From a virus (Duplodnaviria; Caudoviricetes): DNA of 58,761 bases. The DNA is taken from the IMG/VR virus record IMGVR_UViG_3300049193_000020, positions 1 to 58,761 of that record; one strand, 5' to 3'. Positions within the stretch are counted from its first letter, which is position 1. Every line of letters begins with the position of its first letter. This document shows, one piece after another, positions 56,072 to 58,761 of the stretch. The notes beneath the pieces are model-generated. The model was not told the DNA's origin. It ran no database searches and was given only the letters and a program-made list of their open reading frames with translations. The translations under genes were made by a program, and so were the position numbers.

Positions 56072-56170
56072 CGTATACCTCAAAAAATAGGGTGCTGCAC
56101 CTGCCGATCTAACGCAAGTCAGGCGCTTAAGAGCAGGGTGTATGCGTAATAAGCGCATACCGCAGCGTTG
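56072..56170 (-). ncRNA. putative structured intergenic RNA
   Basis: GCTGC/GCAGC closing stem, GTATGCG/CGCATAC and CCTGC/GCAGG arms; GC-rich in AT-rich context. Confidence 0.45.
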
Positions 56171-56602
56171 TTATTTAATTAATAATAGCTGTTCTTTTTT
56201 AAATATTCCTGACACATCTAATCCTATCATGTTATTCATAATTTCTATTTTATTGTTAGGAATAGATTGCATTTGTTTATCCACATATCCAAAAGGGGAC
56301 GTTACCGCTATAAATAAAGTATCTTTATTCTTGTTTATCGTTCTAAGTGTATATCCAGAGTTACTAATTATCAAGTACCATTTTAAATAATTTTCTTTTT
56401 CACAGCCAAAGAGAATTTTAGAGTGTTCAGAAATATTAATTTTTTTAGCAATTTCTTTATTAATATAGAATTTTAAAGCAGTAGATCCTCTTTGTTTATT
56501 ATAAGTTATTGAAAAACTAATTAAATTACCACTATCCTGTCTTAATTTTGCTGGACTGAAAATTAACAGCTTATTCAAATCTACTGATAGTTTATTTTCC
56601 AC
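56171..56602 (-). CDS. hypothetical protein, possible AbrB-like fold
   Basis: FYINKEIAKKINI..HSKILF pattern (weak). Confidence 0.45.
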   Translation of the reverse strand: MENKLSVDLNKLLIFSPAKLRQDSGNLISFSITYNKQRGSTALKFYINKEIAKKINISEHSKILFGCEKENYLKWYLIISNSGYTLRTINKNKDTLFIAVTSPFGYVDKQMQSIPNNKIEIMNNMIGLDVSGIFKKEQLLLIK

Positions 56603-56622
56603 ACTATATACCCTTTCTAAAA

Positions 56623-56805
56623 TTAGTATCCCCTAATCGCCATAAACGCTATACAGCCAAACACGCCTACTAATGCTATTGCAATGCCCAGCATAAACCT
56701 ATCGCCTATACGCTGTATCTTGTCTAGCCATGCTTCGTTGTGTAGCGTTCTTAAGCGTTTATCTTCTGCTTGCAAGATTTTAAGTATTGTTGGATGTGCC
56801 ATCAT
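56623..56805 (-). CDS. small protein with C-terminal TM
   Basis: 60 aa, AAGGA SD. Confidence 0.55.
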   Translation of the reverse strand: MMAHPTILKILQAEDKRLRTLHNEAWLDKIQRIGDRFMLGIAIALVGVFGCIAFMAIRGY

Positions 56806-56867
56806 GATATTATTCCTTATTAAAAATAAAACTAATTGTTATTGACTTAAATTTAAATCTCATAATA

Positions 56868-57200
56868 TTACCCAATCCTATTCAAAATATGCGCAGATAG
56901 ACTAGCTTCAGTCCGTTCGTCCTCAATAGACATTACTTTAATATCTTGTAGAAGCTCTATTGTCTGCTGTAATTCATCAATAAAATTATAGTTTTCGATT
57001 ACAAAAGGCAACGCTGAAAGTGATAATTTAGATGTTTTGATTGCATCTTTTAGCAATTGTTTAATTTTTTCGATATTAAATTCAATGCTAGTTATATCCC
57101 AATCTAAGTATGTATATAAAACACTATAATAATCAACAATTGATTTGGGATTATCTTCTTTATAATCCTTGATAAATTTTGATAGTCGCATCCTGCACAC
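56868..57200 (-). CDS. hypothetical protein
   Basis: 110-aa ORF directly after promoter. Confidence 0.6.
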   Translation of the reverse strand: MCRMRLSKFIKDYKEDNPKSIVDYYSVLYTYLDWDITSIEFNIEKIKQLLKDAIKTSKLSLSALPFVIENYNFIDELQQTIELLQDIKVMSIEDERTEASLSAHILNRIG

Positions 57201-57225
57201 CCCTTTAAATAAGCTAATAAGTGCT

Positions 57226-57258
57226 ATTATAAGCTAAAATAAGCCATCTTGTCAAGAT
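57226..57258 (-). promoter_or_regulatory. consensus sigma70 promoter with palindrome over the -35
   Basis: TTGACA-N18-TATAAT; ATCTTG-T-CAAGAT inverted repeat at 57246-57258. Confidence 0.75.
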
Positions 57259-57261
57259 AAA

Positions 57262-57510
57262 TTAAAGATATTGCTTATAAATAAATACACAAGTTCTTAA
57301 TTTGCCAGCTCTAGTGCGTGTAGCTCTAGCACCCTTAGCATCTTTAACTATAATCTTATCGCCATATTTAGCGCAGGTTAAACCCTTTTTGTGTTTATTA
57401 AGCTGTCTATAAATACTAGCATTGGTATATCCTGTAATTTCCGCTGCTATTGCAGTAGTTGGATACTCTTCATTGCTCACTAAATCAACAATTATTCCTT
57501 TATTTTCCAT
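57262..57510 (-). CDS. stand-alone NUMOD1-like HTH protein
   Basis: IIVDLVSNEEYPTTAIAAEITGYTNASIYRQLN resembles the C-terminus of 2714-3328. Confidence 0.55.
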   Translation of the reverse strand: MENKGIIVDLVSNEEYPTTAIAAEITGYTNASIYRQLNKHKKGLTCAKYGDKIIVKDAKGARATRTRAGKLRTCVFIYKQYL

Positions 57511-57649
57511 CTATCTCTTCCTCTAAAATGTTATTATTATTAATTGCAGTATTTTCAGACTGTTTTTTACCAGCAAGTAAAATATCTGCAAACTGCATAA
57601 CGGTGTCTATGTGTGCTTGTATAGTTTTAAGTTCTTGTTCATCTGTCAT
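57500..57649 (-). CDS. small hypothetical protein (49 aa, not in ORF track)
   Basis: GAGGTGATATT-ATG; MTDEQELKTIQ... Confidence 0.55.
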   Translation of the reverse strand: MTDEQELKTIQAHIDTVMQFADILLAGKKQSENTAINNNNILEEEIDGK

Positions 57650-57668
57650 AATATCACCTCATTAAAAA

Positions 57669-57872
57669 TTAAAACTTATCCGTGTCCACGATCTTTATTA
57701 TTTTAGTGAATAGTTTATATATCTCACTAATACTTTTACCTTGCACATATATAGTAGGTGGGTCATTTGATAAATTAATAATTGCATATTTATATTTACC
57801 TACTTGCTGTTTATATGTGAATAACCCGTTATATTTTTCAGCTAAAAAGCGTTTAAGTTGTTCTTCGTTCAC
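57669..57872 (-). CDS. hypothetical protein
   Basis: 67 aa, GGAGG SD, GTG start. Confidence 0.55.
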   Translation of the reverse strand: MNEEQLKRFLAEKYNGLFTYKQQVGKYKYAIINLSNDPPTIYVQGKSISEIYKLFTKIIKIVDTDKF

Positions 57873-57981
57873 TTCTTACCCTCCCCATCGGCACTATCTT
57901 AACCATGCTTAAAGCCAGCATGGTATAAAGAGCTTGTGCGGCTTGTTTGTTTTTGCATTTTAGTTGTACTCCTCTTTAAAG

Positions 57982-58431
57982 TTATCTTATAATTGTATAT
58001 AAATAGTCATCCGCTCCCCTGTCAAAATCTATACCTTGCCTCCCCTCATAATGAGCGCTATGTATAGCTTTCAAGTCATCTACAACTCGTTTGACTTGAG
58101 CGTAATATTCCTCATTATAACGCCCTAACTCCTCACCCTCTAACCCATCATTAATAGGTAATGTATCTCGGCAATAGTATTGATTATCGTAACCGTCATA
58201 AAACAAAACCTGTTCACACTTTTTCATTAAGTCCCACAAAAAATCTGGTGAAGTTTCTACTCGTGCATACTCGGGTGTAACCTCATCATTAATCATGTTC
58301 CTATAATCCAAGTCAAATTGCGTTATAATCTGTGGCATATTAACCCACTCAGCTACTATTGTGCGCTCTATAAGTAAACTGCCTTTAATATTTGCAAGTT
58401 TGCGTTCTCTATATAGTTTTAGTATTAACAT
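57982..58431 (-). CDS. hypothetical protein
   Basis: 149 aa, AAGGAG SD. Confidence 0.65.
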   Translation of the reverse strand: MLILKLYRERKLANIKGSLLIERTIVAEWVNMPQIITQFDLDYRNMINDEVTPEYARVETSPDFLWDLMKKCEQVLFYDGYDNQYYCRDTLPINDGLEGEELGRYNEEYYAQVKRVVDDLKAIHSAHYEGRQGIDFDRGADDYLYTIIR

Positions 58432-58684
58432 TGTTGTACTCCTTATTTAATTTAGCTACATAATCCCTAACCATTTCAGTAAATTGCTGAGCAGTTAAAG
58501 TGCAAGTCTGACCTCTGGTAGTAAGCTCTATTTCAATCTTTAACTCAGTAGGGTTCATTTCTATTTCATAATCAACCGCTCTTACGCCTATATTTATATT
58601 ATCAATATTAATGTATGCGTACTTCAAACCCTCTTGCCAAATCGGGCTGCGCTGTTTTAATGTTTTGCATGTGATATTAATCAT
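58409..58684 (-). CDS. hypothetical protein (start ATG 58684, MINITC)
   Basis: AGGAG SD upstream of 58684. Confidence 0.6.
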   Translation of the reverse strand: MINITCKTLKQRSPIWQEGLKYAYINIDNINIGVRAVDYEIEMNPTELKIEIELTTRGQTCTLTAQQFTEMVRDYVAKLNKEYNNVNTKTI

Positions 58685-58761
58685 ATTCTTTACTCCTAAA
58701 AAATTAATCGCATGGTGCGGCAGCCTAGCTTGTGCTATGCCAAGCAGCCGCATGATACGCC

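Noticed and set aside
56072-56158. N-terminal extension of ORF 55658-56158, and ORF 52761-52964
   Set aside because: Both run through GC-rich structured intergenic elements; strong SDs point to starts at 56071 and 52875
1-58761. CRISPR array or mini-array
   Set aside because: No run of identical repeats with unique spacers seen; the 43380-43438 pair has only a 9-bp gap and lies inside a gene
1-58761. Stop-codon reassignment
   Set aside because: Core genes are full length in the standard code and the single tRNA has a normal Gln TTG anticodon

Overview
An AT-rich, apparently complete (possibly circularly permuted) tailed-phage genome of about 58.8 kb. It encodes a contractile Mu-like myovirus tail, and its spanins imply a Gram-negative host. 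Two arms diverge from a promoter region at about 2450-2700 and converge at 38698/38699. The plus-strand late arm (2714-38698) carries a GIY-YIG endonuclease, SF3 helicase-like ATPase, terminase, portal, protease/scaffold, capsid, neck, sheath, tube, chaperone, tape measure, baseplate, tail fibres and lysis genes. The minus-strand early/middle arm (38699-58761 and 1-2443) carries SSB, exonuclease, a Sak4-like AAA protein, AlpA-type HTH, VRR-NUC nuclease, an iteron-containing replication initiator, a PRPP-synthetase-like plus NAMPT-like pair (NARP1-type), RtcB, tRNA-Gln and many small hypothetical genes. No integrase, repressor, DNA polymerase, reverse transcriptase or CRISPR array was recognised. 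The most notable observations are: (1) a CCC-TAA +1 frameshift site that would fuse a lytic transglycosylase onto the tape measure protein, just after a -1 chaperone frameshift; (2) four signal-peptide proteins interleaved among tail-fibre genes; (3) several GC-rich structured intergenic RNAs in the early arm, including a kissing-loop terminator ahead of the replication genes; (4) a candidate late sRNA complementary to early-gene ribosome-binding sites. All functional calls come from motif recognition and gene order by eye; no database searches were run.
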